Shown: piece after piece, positions 15,481 through 21,833 of the stretch
Numbering within the stretch: position 1 is the stretch's first letter
Layout of the letters: every line of letters starts with the position of its first letter
Origin: a virus
Reading direction: 5' to 3' (one strand)
IMG/VR virus record: IMGVR_UViG_3300025530_000002
DNA length: 64,000 nucleotides
Translations under genes and position numbers: made by a program
Notes under the pieces: model-generated
Database searches by the model: none
The model's input: the letters and a program-made list of their open reading frames with translations, nothing else
What the model was told of the DNA's origin: nothing

Positions 15481-15509
15481 TGCGCCCGAGGAGCGCAGCG
15501 ACGAGGGCC
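15481..15509. repeat. 29-nt intergenic element, copy A
   Basis: TGCGCCCGAGGAGCGCAGCGACGAGGGCC, identical to 17023-17051. In this copy it sits within a 9-bp-stem hairpin, TCGCTGCGC/GCGCAGCGA. Confidence 0.85.
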
Positions 15510-15521
15510 TTCAGCGCGCGC

Positions 15522-15827
15522 TCAACGGGCGACACGCGTGAGCACGCCGGCGTATCGCACCCAGCGCCAGTCGCTGAACGAGAAGCGCTCGTAGCCGAAC
15601 AGCCAGCGGTAGACACGGAACGACAGCGAGAACAGGATGCCGGCAGCCTCTGCCTGCAGCAGGCCGAGGGTCGAGGTGCCGAGGAACACCCACAAGATGG
15701 TGCCGTGGATGAGGAAGTCCAGCACCATGGCGTAGCCCATCAGGCGGCGCACGCTGCGCGGGGAGAAGTGCGAGCACAACAAGGCCATGGAACCGAACGT
15801 GATGATGGCGGCGAGAATCCAGCTCAT
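15522..15827 (-). CDS. membrane protein (about 3 TM segments)
   Basis: 101 aa. MSWILAAIITFGSMALLCSHF..., VLDFLIHGTILWVFLGTSTLGLL. Confidence 0.75.
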   Translation of the reverse strand: MSWILAAIITFGSMALLCSHFSPRSVRRLMGYAMVLDFLIHGTILWVFLGTSTLGLLQAEAAGILFSLSFRVYRWLFGYERFSFSDWRWVRYAGVLTRVAR

Positions 15828-15967
15828 TCCAGATACTCCGGATAGTCAGACAACCACGTCGTCACAACGAACGCGGCAACGAAGGCGAGTGCAGCACCCA
15901 CTGCCCCCCAGCGAGGGAGGGCAGCGAGCGCAGCCAGGGCAGCGATGATCAGCGCAGCGTACGGCAT
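15824..15967 (-). CDS. possible 47-aa two-TM peptide
   Basis: Hand-translated as MPYAALIIAALAALAALPRWGAVGAALAFVAAFVVTTWLSDYPEYLE. ATGA overlap with the next gene. Confidence 0.4.
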   Translation of the reverse strand: MPYAALIIAALAALAALPRWGAVGAALAFVAAFVVTTWLSDYPEYLE

Positions 15968-16218
15968 GTCGAACTCCACTTCGGGTGGAAGATGCGCTTC
16001 CAGAACACGGGGCGGATGAAGCCGGCGAGTTCGATATGCTCGGCGTGCTGAAGCGCGCGGTCATACGACGAGAACACGTGGTCGAGCTGGAGCCCGAGCT
16101 TCGGACTCCAGCGCACACGCAGCACGTAGCCCGTCGCGTCAGCGCGAGGCACGACGTGCGGCGTACGACCATGCAGGAACCACCGCGTGTGGTCATCGAG
16201 GAGAGGCACTTGACGCAT
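15949..16218 (-). CDS. hypothetical protein
   Basis: 89-aa ORF. The RBS AAGGAG spans the upstream TAA. Confidence 0.7.
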   Translation of the reverse strand: MRQVPLLDDHTRWFLHGRTPHVVPRADATGYVLRVRWSPKLGLQLDHVFSSYDRALQHAEHIELAGFIRPVFWKRIFHPKWSSTCRTLR

Positions 16219-16221
16219 GGG

Positions 16222-16413
16222 TTACTCCTTCAGCAGGTCGTCGAGGCGGACAGGGCGGGGCTCGGGGGCCGCGCACAAGGCATCTATCTCGCGCCAGTAC
16301 TCCTTGAGGTACTCGTCGCAGTACGCCCGGCCAGCAGGCGACAGCTCGTGGTACCTGGCCTCGCCATTCATCCACGCGTTGAACTCCACCAGCACGACAT
16401 CGATCTCGGTCAC
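16222..16413 (-). CDS. hypothetical protein
   Basis: 63 aa, GTG start, GGAGA RBS. Confidence 0.65.
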   Translation of the reverse strand: MTEIDVVLVEFNAWMNGEARYHELSPAGRAYCDEYLKEYWREIDALCAAPEPRPVRLDDLLKE

Positions 16414-16433
16414 GACACTAATCTCCAGTCAAC

Positions 16434-16449
16434 GTAGCGACATCGCTAC
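16434..16449. promoter_or_regulatory. 16-bp palindrome GTAGCGA-CA-TCGCTAC (operator-like)
   Basis: Perfect 7-bp arms, 21 nt upstream of the 16413 start. Confidence 0.5.
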
Positions 16450-16463
16450 ACACCTATCGATGA

Positions 16464-16488
16464 GCCCTTCGCGCGAAGCGCGAAGGGC
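16464..16488. other. strong GC hairpin (11-bp stem)
   Basis: GCCCTTCGCGC-GAA-GCGCGAAGGGC. No clear U-run follows on either strand. Confidence 0.6.
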
Positions 16489-16517
16489 CTGGTGTTTGAG
16501 GGACAGGAAGGCGGGGC

Positions 16518-16721
16518 TCACGCCCGCACCTCCGGCTTGACGACGCGCACGTACCAGTAGCGCTTGGACCTGCCGAGCTTGAACTTGGCCACGAGCCCAC
16601 ACTGCGCGCAGCCGTGCGCAAACTTCGCAGCATCGGACTGCGAGCCGACACGCACGATGCGCAGGTTCTTCTCACGACGCACGACGGTGTGCGGGATGAG
16701 GGACAGGAACGCGTAACTCAC
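16518..16721 (-). CDS. small basic protein
   Basis: Internal GTG 16719-16721 (VSYAFLSLIPHTVVRREKN...) with GGAGGTG 5 nt upstream. 67 aa. Confidence 0.6.
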   Translation of the reverse strand: MSYAFLSLIPHTVVRREKNLRIVRVGSQSDAAKFAHGCAQCGLVAKFKLGRSKRYWYVRVVKPEVRA

Positions 16722-16746
16722 GACAGCACCTCCAAGGTCGACGGGC

Positions 16747-16776
16747 AAAAAGAAAAGCCCCGGCAAGCGCCGGGGC
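16747..16776 (-). terminator. rho-independent terminator
   Basis: Minus strand: GCCCCGGC-GCTT-GCCGGGGC followed by TTTTCTTTTT. Confidence 0.75.
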
Positions 16777-16785
16777 GATGGGAGG

Positions 16786-16974
16786 TCAGAACAGGTCGGT
16801 CACAACGCCGATGACAGAGGCGGTGGCAGCGCCGACACCGGCCGCAACGCCCGCAGTGCGCAGGGTCTCCTTGTTGCGCGAGACCGTACGACGCATCTTC
16901 GTGTAGGCCTGCTGAGCCTTCGCAGCCAGCATCTGGGCCGAGGTCTGGACGGGGGCCTTACGCTTCTTGGCCAT
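16786..16974 (-). CDS. small basic protein with a hydrophobic C-terminus
   Basis: Internal ATG 16972-16974 (MAKKRKAPVQTSAQ...AGVAAGVGAATASVIGVVTDLF) with an AGGAG RBS. First leftward gene from the divergent region. Confidence 0.6.
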   Translation of the reverse strand: MAKKRKAPVQTSAQMLAAKAQQAYTKMRRTVSRNKETLRTAGVAAGVGAATASVIGVVTDLF

Positions 16975-17022
16975 GTTCGCAACTCCTGGTTGAGCCAGCG
17001 GAATTACTGGCATACGCATAGA

Positions 17023-17051
17023 TGCGCCCGAGGAGCGCAGCGACGAGGGCC
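17023..17051. repeat. 29-nt intergenic element, copy B
   Basis: Identical to 15481-15509. Lies in the divergent control region. Confidence 0.85.
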
Positions 17052-17140
17052 CGGGGGATATGGAGTTCCTTCGGAGATCGCGGGAACGCAAAAGCGATCG
17101 GCCACGGTGGGCTGAGCGTTACCCGGGGGTAGGGGGACCC

Positions 17141-17488
17141 ATGTCGCAAGGAGCCTTGTTTTCCTGGACGCAGTTGGGGTACTATTCCCCCATGCCCAGT
17201 CCTGCCCAAACCAAGTACCGCGTCCGTCGCCGCATGTCGTCCAAAGGACCACGCTCTGCGCGCGCACTACTGCGCTCGTACCTCCGCGAACGTGGGGTGC
17301 TGATCAAAGAGCTGGCCACCGAAGCCTGGGGTGTGAAGGAGCGCACAGGTTTCGAGATCTTCTCCAAGCCCGACCGGCCGCTGGCCGCTGACTACGTCGA
17401 GGCGGCGATCAAATACCTGAACCTGTCGAACGAGGAAGCCCATGAGCTGCGAATCCGAGCCCTCCGTGAAGCCGGCTGGGGCGTCTGA
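17141..17488 (+). CDS. XRE/Cro-like HTH regulator
   Basis: LRSYLRERGVLIKELATEAWGVKERTGFEIFSKPDRPLAADYVEAAIKYLNL fits an HTH_XRE layout. The start is uncertain (17060, 17141, 17192 or 17234). Confidence 0.6.
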   Translation: MSQGALFSWTQLGYYSPMPSPAQTKYRVRRRMSSKGPRSARALLRSYLRERGVLIKELATEAWGVKERTGFEIFSKPDRPLAADYVEAAIKYLNLSNEEAHELRIRALREAGWGV

Positions 17489-17669
17489 GCCCGCCGTCCA
17501 GCTGATCGTCGATCCAGCGACCGGCACGCACTACTACGTCCCGCGCCCGTTGTTCCAGGACGCCGTCCTGGCCTGGGGCGCCCGGCAGCCGTTCGTAGAC
17601 TTCGTTCTGGCGCTGGCGGACCGTCGCCAGGTGCCCGTCCAGCTGGGTCTTCCACTCGCTGTTGTTTGA
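17442..17669 (+). CDS. hypothetical protein
   Basis: 75-aa ORF with high third-position GC by inspection. Its 5' end overlaps the regulator, so the start is uncertain. Confidence 0.5.
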   Translation: MSCESEPSVKPAGASEPAVQLIVDPATGTHYYVPRPLFQDAVLAWGARQPFVDFVLALADRRQVPVQLGLPLAVV

Positions 17670-17752
17670 CGCTATCTTCCCCTCGTCGGCTCCGTCCGTC
17701 AGTCTATGCAGCCACGCCTTCCTTCTTCGTATCCGGTTCCTAGGAGGGAGAG

Positions 17753-18061
17753 ATGACGAACGAGCGACCGGCCTATGGCCACGGCACTGCTGAGCGCTGG
17801 ATCACCAGTGCCGTGGCTGTCATTTTGGTCTCTCTTGGCGGCTGGTTCGCCCGTGAGCAGTCGCAGGCGATCAAAGAACAGGCCATCAAGTTCGACGAGC
17901 TGAAAGACCGGTTCATCCGGGTCGAGTCCAAGGTGGAGTCCGTCCACCTGGCCCTGGTCGACATCCCGAACATCAAGATGGAGCTGGTCCGCATGGACCT
18001 GCGCCTGCAGCAGCTTGAGGCCAACAAGCGCGCCAACGAGCGCCGGGAGAGCGAGCGATGA
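17753..18061 (+). CDS. membrane-anchored coiled-coil protein (lysis-associated by position)
   Basis: 102 aa. AGGAGGGAG RBS. TM segment WITSAVAVILVSLGGWFA followed by a coiled coil. Confidence 0.7.
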   Translation: MTNERPAYGHGTAERWITSAVAVILVSLGGWFAREQSQAIKEQAIKFDELKDRFIRVESKVESVHLALVDIPNIKMELVRMDLRLQQLEANKRANERRESER

Positions 18062-18300
18062 AGAAGATCAGGCAGTGGCTGGAAGACCGGCTGATTCCGG
18101 ACTGGAAACAGGCGTGGCGGTACCGGTCCACGCAGTTCCTGGCCCTGATTTTCCTCATGCCGGACGTGTTCAACGCCCTGGCGACCTACGGCGTGCTCGA
18201 TCATCTCCCCACGCCCGCCGTGGCCACCATCAAGGTGCTGGCGGCGGCAGGGCTGTTCGGGCGTGTGTACAGGCAGAACCGTGAGCGGAAGGGTGCATAA
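18058..18300 (+). CDS. putative holin (2 TM segments)
   Basis: 80 aa. ATGA overlap. MKKIRQWLEDRLIPDWKQAWRYRSTQFLALIFLMPDVF...ATIKVLAAAGLFGRVYRQ resembles holins of high-GC proteobacterial phages. Confidence 0.65.
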   Translation: MKKIRQWLEDRLIPDWKQAWRYRSTQFLALIFLMPDVFNALATYGVLDHLPTPAVATIKVLAAAGLFGRVYRQNRERKGA

Positions 18301-18339
18301 AGCGGGGATCAAGGTCTTGCAGCGCCTGGAGCGTCAGAG

Positions 18340-18918
18340 ATGGCATCAAAGCCGCGTCTGTCCGAAGCCGATTTCGCCCGAGCCGCGCTACAGCTTGGGG
18401 TTGACGTTGCCGCGGTCAAAGCCGTTACCGAAGTCGAGGCCCCCGGCGGCGGTTTCCTCGCCGACGGACGTCCCACGATCCTCTTCGAGCGGCACATCTT
18501 CGACCGTGAAACCGGTGGTCGGTACCGGTCCCATGTTCCGGATCTGAGTCACCCCACTCCGGGCGGGTACGGGCGCGTCAGTGAGCAGCACGAGCGCCTG
18601 GCCCGGGCTGCGGCGCTCGACCGTACGGCGGCGCTGCGGAGCTGCTCCTGGGGGCGTTTCCAGATCATGGGGTTCAACCACGCGCTGGCCGGCCACCCGA
18701 CCCTGCAGGGGTTCGTCAACGCCATGTACCGGTCCGAAGGCGCCCAGCTGGACGCCTTCGTGGCCCTGCTCAAGAACCAGCCAGCCATTGCCAAGGCCCT
18801 GCGTGCGCGGGACTGGGCAGGCTTCGCACGTTTGTACAACGGCCCTGCCTACGCCAAGAACAAGTACGATACGAAGCTGGCAGCCGCGTACGCGAAACAC
18901 CTACGATCGACGGGGTAA
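18340..18918 (+). CDS. endolysin, N-acetylmuramidase (DUF3380) family
   Basis: 192 aa. Signature CSWGRFQIMGFNH, FLADGRPTILFERH and YNGPAYAKNKYDTKL. Confidence 0.9.
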   Translation: MASKPRLSEADFARAALQLGVDVAAVKAVTEVEAPGGGFLADGRPTILFERHIFDRETGGRYRSHVPDLSHPTPGGYGRVSEQHERLARAAALDRTAALRSCSWGRFQIMGFNHALAGHPTLQGFVNAMYRSEGAQLDAFVALLKNQPAIAKALRARDWAGFARLYNGPAYAKNKYDTKLAAAYAKHLRSTG

Positions 18919-18921
18919 GCC

Positions 18922-19323
18922 ATGCTGACGCGTATCGGGATTGTTTTTGCAGCGCTCCTGGCGCTTCTGGCTGGGGTCCAGACCTTGCGGCTGTACTCGA
19001 CACGGGCGGAGCTGGAGGCGCTGCGCGCCGGACAGGCGCTGTGTGCCGAGGTCAACCAGCAGCAGACCAGGAAGATCGCCGAACTGGCCGCCTTGAACAA
19101 CGCGCTGGTGGCCAGGAACGCAGCCGACCTGGCCAAAGCCCAGGAAGCGGCGTCCGAATACTTGTTGCTGGAGGCCGAGTATGAAGCACTTGCCAAGGAA
19201 AACGAGCGCCTGCGCGAGCAACAGGCCACACACGATCCGGCCATGGCGTCATGGCTGTCTGCTGGCATGGACCACCGTGTGGCTTGCAGCCTGTGGCGCA
19301 ACCCAGCCCATTGTGCGGACTGA
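18922..19323 (+). CDS. i-spanin (Rz-like)
   Basis: 133 aa. N-terminal TM segment IGIVFAALLALLAGV followed by a periplasmic coiled coil. Directly follows the endolysin. Confidence 0.75.
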   Translation: MLTRIGIVFAALLALLAGVQTLRLYSTRAELEALRAGQALCAEVNQQQTRKIAELAALNNALVARNAADLAKAQEAASEYLLLEAEYEALAKENERLREQQATHDPAMASWLSAGMDHRVACSLWRNPAHCAD

Positions 19324-19555
19324 GGTCGTCGAGACCCGTGTCCCGGTCTACGTGCCCCTCGATCCGGCCCTGACGGCCGACCTGCCCGAGCCTGCGCCCC
19401 CGGCCTGGCGCTGTCAGGACGGCGCGGGTCGGCCGTCAGTGTGCAACCGCGACCACGTGAACTACACCGAAGCCCTGCGTACGTGGGGCAGGAAACTGCG
19501 TGCGAAGCTCGAACGTGTCCGAGAACTCCAACCACCCCCTGCAGAACGCCCTTGA
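19181..19555 (+). CDS. o-spanin (Rz1-like lipoprotein), overlapping the i-spanin
   Basis: Lipobox LAAC in ...LLAWTTVWLAACGATQP. Pro-rich mature part. GGAGG 6 nt upstream of ATG 19181. The signal region is unusually long. Confidence 0.65.
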   Translation: MKHLPRKTSACASNRPHTIRPWRHGCLLAWTTVWLAACGATQPIVRTEVVETRVPVYVPLDPALTADLPEPAPPAWRCQDGAGRPSVCNRDHVNYTEALRTWGRKLRAKLERVRELQPPPAERP

Positions 19556-19742
19556 GGCGCAATTCCCGCAACTGAGTGGCAAAATCCAGGTGCAGGACTT
19601 CACCGAGCGGATTTTCGTCACCCTGGACCTGCCCGAGAAAGGCAAGACGACACTGTCTACGCCCCATACCGTGAACGCTGCGGTCGAGCCGTGGCAATAT
19701 TGGCTGGCCCGGTTCAGCGAACAGATTCGTCGGAGGCTCTGA
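19500..19742 (+). CDS. hypothetical protein
   Basis: 80-aa ORF with a GTG start that overlaps the o-spanin end. The start is uncertain. Confidence 0.45.
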   Translation: MRSSNVSENSNHPLQNALEAQFPQLSGKIQVQDFTERIFVTLDLPEKGKTTLSTPHTVNAAVEPWQYWLARFSEQIRRRL

Positions 19743-19744
19743 TC

Positions 19745-20113
19745 ATGGCGTTCCGTCCTGCATACATCACCCTGCACATCTACCAGGGGCAGACCTTCGA
19801 CGATGAAGTCAATTTCAAGGACGCCAACGGCGATCCGCTCGACTTCACCGACCTGGAGGCCCGTATGCAGGTGCGGCGGGCGGTCCAGGACGACGAGGTG
19901 CTGCTGGAGCTGTCCACCGAGGACGGCACCATCGAGCCTCTGGATGAGACCGGAACCGTGAAGTTCGCCGTAGATGCCGACATTACGGCGAATTTGCCGA
20001 CAGATAACGTCCTGCAGACCTGGGTGTACGACCTGGAGCTGTACGGGGCGGGCCGGGTGACCCGGCTGATGGAGGGGTCCGTGGTCGTGTACCCCGAGGT
20101 GACGCGTGACTGA
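19745..20113 (+). CDS. virion-associated beta-rich protein (fibre module by position)
   Basis: Internal ATG 19745 (MAFRPAYITLHIYQGQTFDDEVNFKDANGDPLDFTDLEARMQVRR...). 122 aa. Confidence 0.7.
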   Translation: MAFRPAYITLHIYQGQTFDDEVNFKDANGDPLDFTDLEARMQVRRAVQDDEVLLELSTEDGTIEPLDETGTVKFAVDADITANLPTDNVLQTWVYDLELYGAGRVTRLMEGSVVVYPEVTRD

Positions 20114-20678
20114 GGTCATTCGGGACTCCCGTTGCGCCGTCCAGACCGTCGTCCAGCGCGCGCCGGTCGTCGTGACGGTGCCCGTGACGGCCCGCAAGAC
20201 AGTCTCCAAGCCCACTGAGACGGTCGTCAAGACTGTCCTGCCGGTGGAGACGACCAAAATCCTGCGTGAGCGGGTGTATCACGTGGACCGGGGCCCGCCA
20301 GGACCGCCTGGTCCGCCGGGTCCGCCCGGTCCTGCAGGCGGCACGGCCATTGAACTGCCTGCAGGTGAGGTGATCCATGGGCTGCGGGCGGTGCGAGCCA
20401 CCGCCGGGGCGCTGTACCACCCCCTGTTGGCCGATCCGGACCACGCCGAGCAGGTCATCGGCATCGCGCTGCAGGCCGGCACCGGTGTCCTGCAGGTCCA
20501 GGTCAGCGGGCTGCTGACCGAGTCCAGTTGGGCCTGGCAGCCTGGGTTGGTGTATTGCGGGGACGGCGGAGTGCTGACACAATCCCCACCTGTGACGGGA
20601 TGGTTGCTGGCCGTTGGCCGCGCGATCGCCGCAGATACCATTGAGATCGACATCGACACAGCCGTTTACCGGGGGTAA
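20106..20678 (+). CDS. collagen-like-repeat tail fibre protein
   Basis: 190 aa, GTG start in a GTGACTGA overlap. GPPGPPGPPGPPGPAG is encoded at 20292-20339. Confidence 0.8.
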   Translation: MTEVIRDSRCAVQTVVQRAPVVVTVPVTARKTVSKPTETVVKTVLPVETTKILRERVYHVDRGPPGPPGPPGPPGPAGGTAIELPAGEVIHGLRAVRATAGALYHPLLADPDHAEQVIGIALQAGTGVLQVQVSGLLTESSWAWQPGLVYCGDGGVLTQSPPVTGWLLAVGRAIAADTIEIDIDTAVYRG

Positions 20679-20681
20679 CCC

Positions 20682-21200
20682 ATGGCCGCCAAGCCGCTGC
20701 ACCTGATCAACAACCGCATCACCGAGGTCGAGGCGAACGTTATCTCGCAGGGCGCCACCGACGCCGGGAAGCTGGTGGCGCTGGACGCCTCGGGCAAGCT
20801 CGACGTGTCGCTGCTGCCCACCGGCATCGGCGCCGACGTGGCCGTCATCGAGGCCAGCGAGAGCCTGGCGGCGGGGGACTTCGTCAACATCTACGACGAC
20901 AGCGGCACGGCCAAGGTGCGCAAGGCGGACGCCTCGGACCCGGGCAAGCAGGCCCACGGGTTCGTGCTCAGCGCGGTGTCCGCCAGCGCCAACGCGACGG
21001 TGTACTTCGAAGGGGCGAACACCCAGCTGTCGGCGCTGACCCCGGGCACCACCTACGCGCTGGATCACAACACTCCGGGTGACGTGGTGGCGCTGGCCTC
21101 GGCGACGACCACGCCGGGGCACATCCTGCAGGTGGTCGGGGTGGCGGTGAGCGCCACTACCATCAACGTGGAGCTGGCCAAGCCGATCGTGCGCGGGTGA
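20682..21200 (+). CDS. tail-fibre-like protein
   Basis: 172 aa. The N-terminus ...GKLVALDASGKLDVSLLP is a motif common in phage fibre proteins. Confidence 0.7.
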   Translation: MAAKPLHLINNRITEVEANVISQGATDAGKLVALDASGKLDVSLLPTGIGADVAVIEASESLAAGDFVNIYDDSGTAKVRKADASDPGKQAHGFVLSAVSASANATVYFEGANTQLSALTPGTTYALDHNTPGDVVALASATTTPGHILQVVGVAVSATTINVELAKPIVRG

Positions 21201-21231
21201 CGCCGGCCCCTGCGCGGACAGGAGGGCAGCC

Positions 21232-21360
21232 ATGGCGCAGACAGTGAAGTACCGTTACCGCAGTGCCGTCACCGGGCGGTTCGTGAAGGCATGGTACGCC
21301 GCCCGGTACCCCCGCAAGACGGTCCGCGAGCGAGTCAAACCGCTGCAGAAGAAGACGTGA
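21232..21360 (+). CDS. small basic protein (42 aa)
   Basis: MAQTVKYRYRSAVTGRFVKAWYAARYPRKTVRERVKPLQKKT. GGAGGG 5 nt upstream. The YRSAxTGRFV motif recurs in small phage proteins. Confidence 0.5.
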   Translation: MAQTVKYRYRSAVTGRFVKAWYAARYPRKTVRERVKPLQKKT

Positions 21361-21833
21361 ACCCCGAGATCCGCCAGCAGATGACGGTGTGCGGCCTGGA
21401 CGAGGCCGAACAGGCGCTGCTGTACCACGTCGAGGTCCTGCGCCTGCCGGTCAAGCGCGCGGCCGAGGTGGCCGGCGTGTCCAACGGCTATGAGGTCATG
21501 CAGCGCCCGCACGTGGTGGCTGCGCGCGAGCGCCTGCGCGTAGCCCTGCGCGAGCGGGTCGAGATCACCCGTGAGGACGTGATCGCCGGACTGAAGAAGG
21601 CCATCGACCAGGCGGAGATCCTGGCAGACCCGACCGCCCAGATCGCCGGCTGGCGCGAGATCGCCAAGCTGCTGGGCTACGACAAGACGCCCAACGTCAA
21701 TATCCACATCCAGGGCAGCCTGGAGCAGATCCGGCAGCAGTACCGGCAGATGCCGCTGGACCAGCTGATGGCCGAGGCGGGCATGGACGGGGTGATCGAC
21801 GCGGACTTCGTGAAGGTGCACGATGGCAGTTGA
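21357..21833 (+). CDS. terS: terminase small subunit
   Basis: GTG in a GTGA overlap. HTH-like LPVKRAAEVAGVS, then ...DVIAGLKKAIDQAEILADPTAQIAGWREIAKLLGY. Lies immediately upstream of TerL. The start could be 21381. Confidence 0.65.
   Translation: MNPEIRQQMTVCGLDEAEQALLYHVEVLRLPVKRAAEVAGVSNGYEVMQRPHVVAARERLRVALRERVEITREDVIAGLKKAIDQAEILADPTAQIAGWREIAKLLGYDKTPNVNIHIQGSLEQIRQQYRQMPLDQLMAEAGMDGVIDADFVKVHDGS

Noticed and set aside
20106-21200. Diversity-generating retroelement targeting the fibre genes
   Set aside because: No reverse transcriptase gene is present anywhere in the window, and I found no template/variable repeat pair near any fibre C-terminus.
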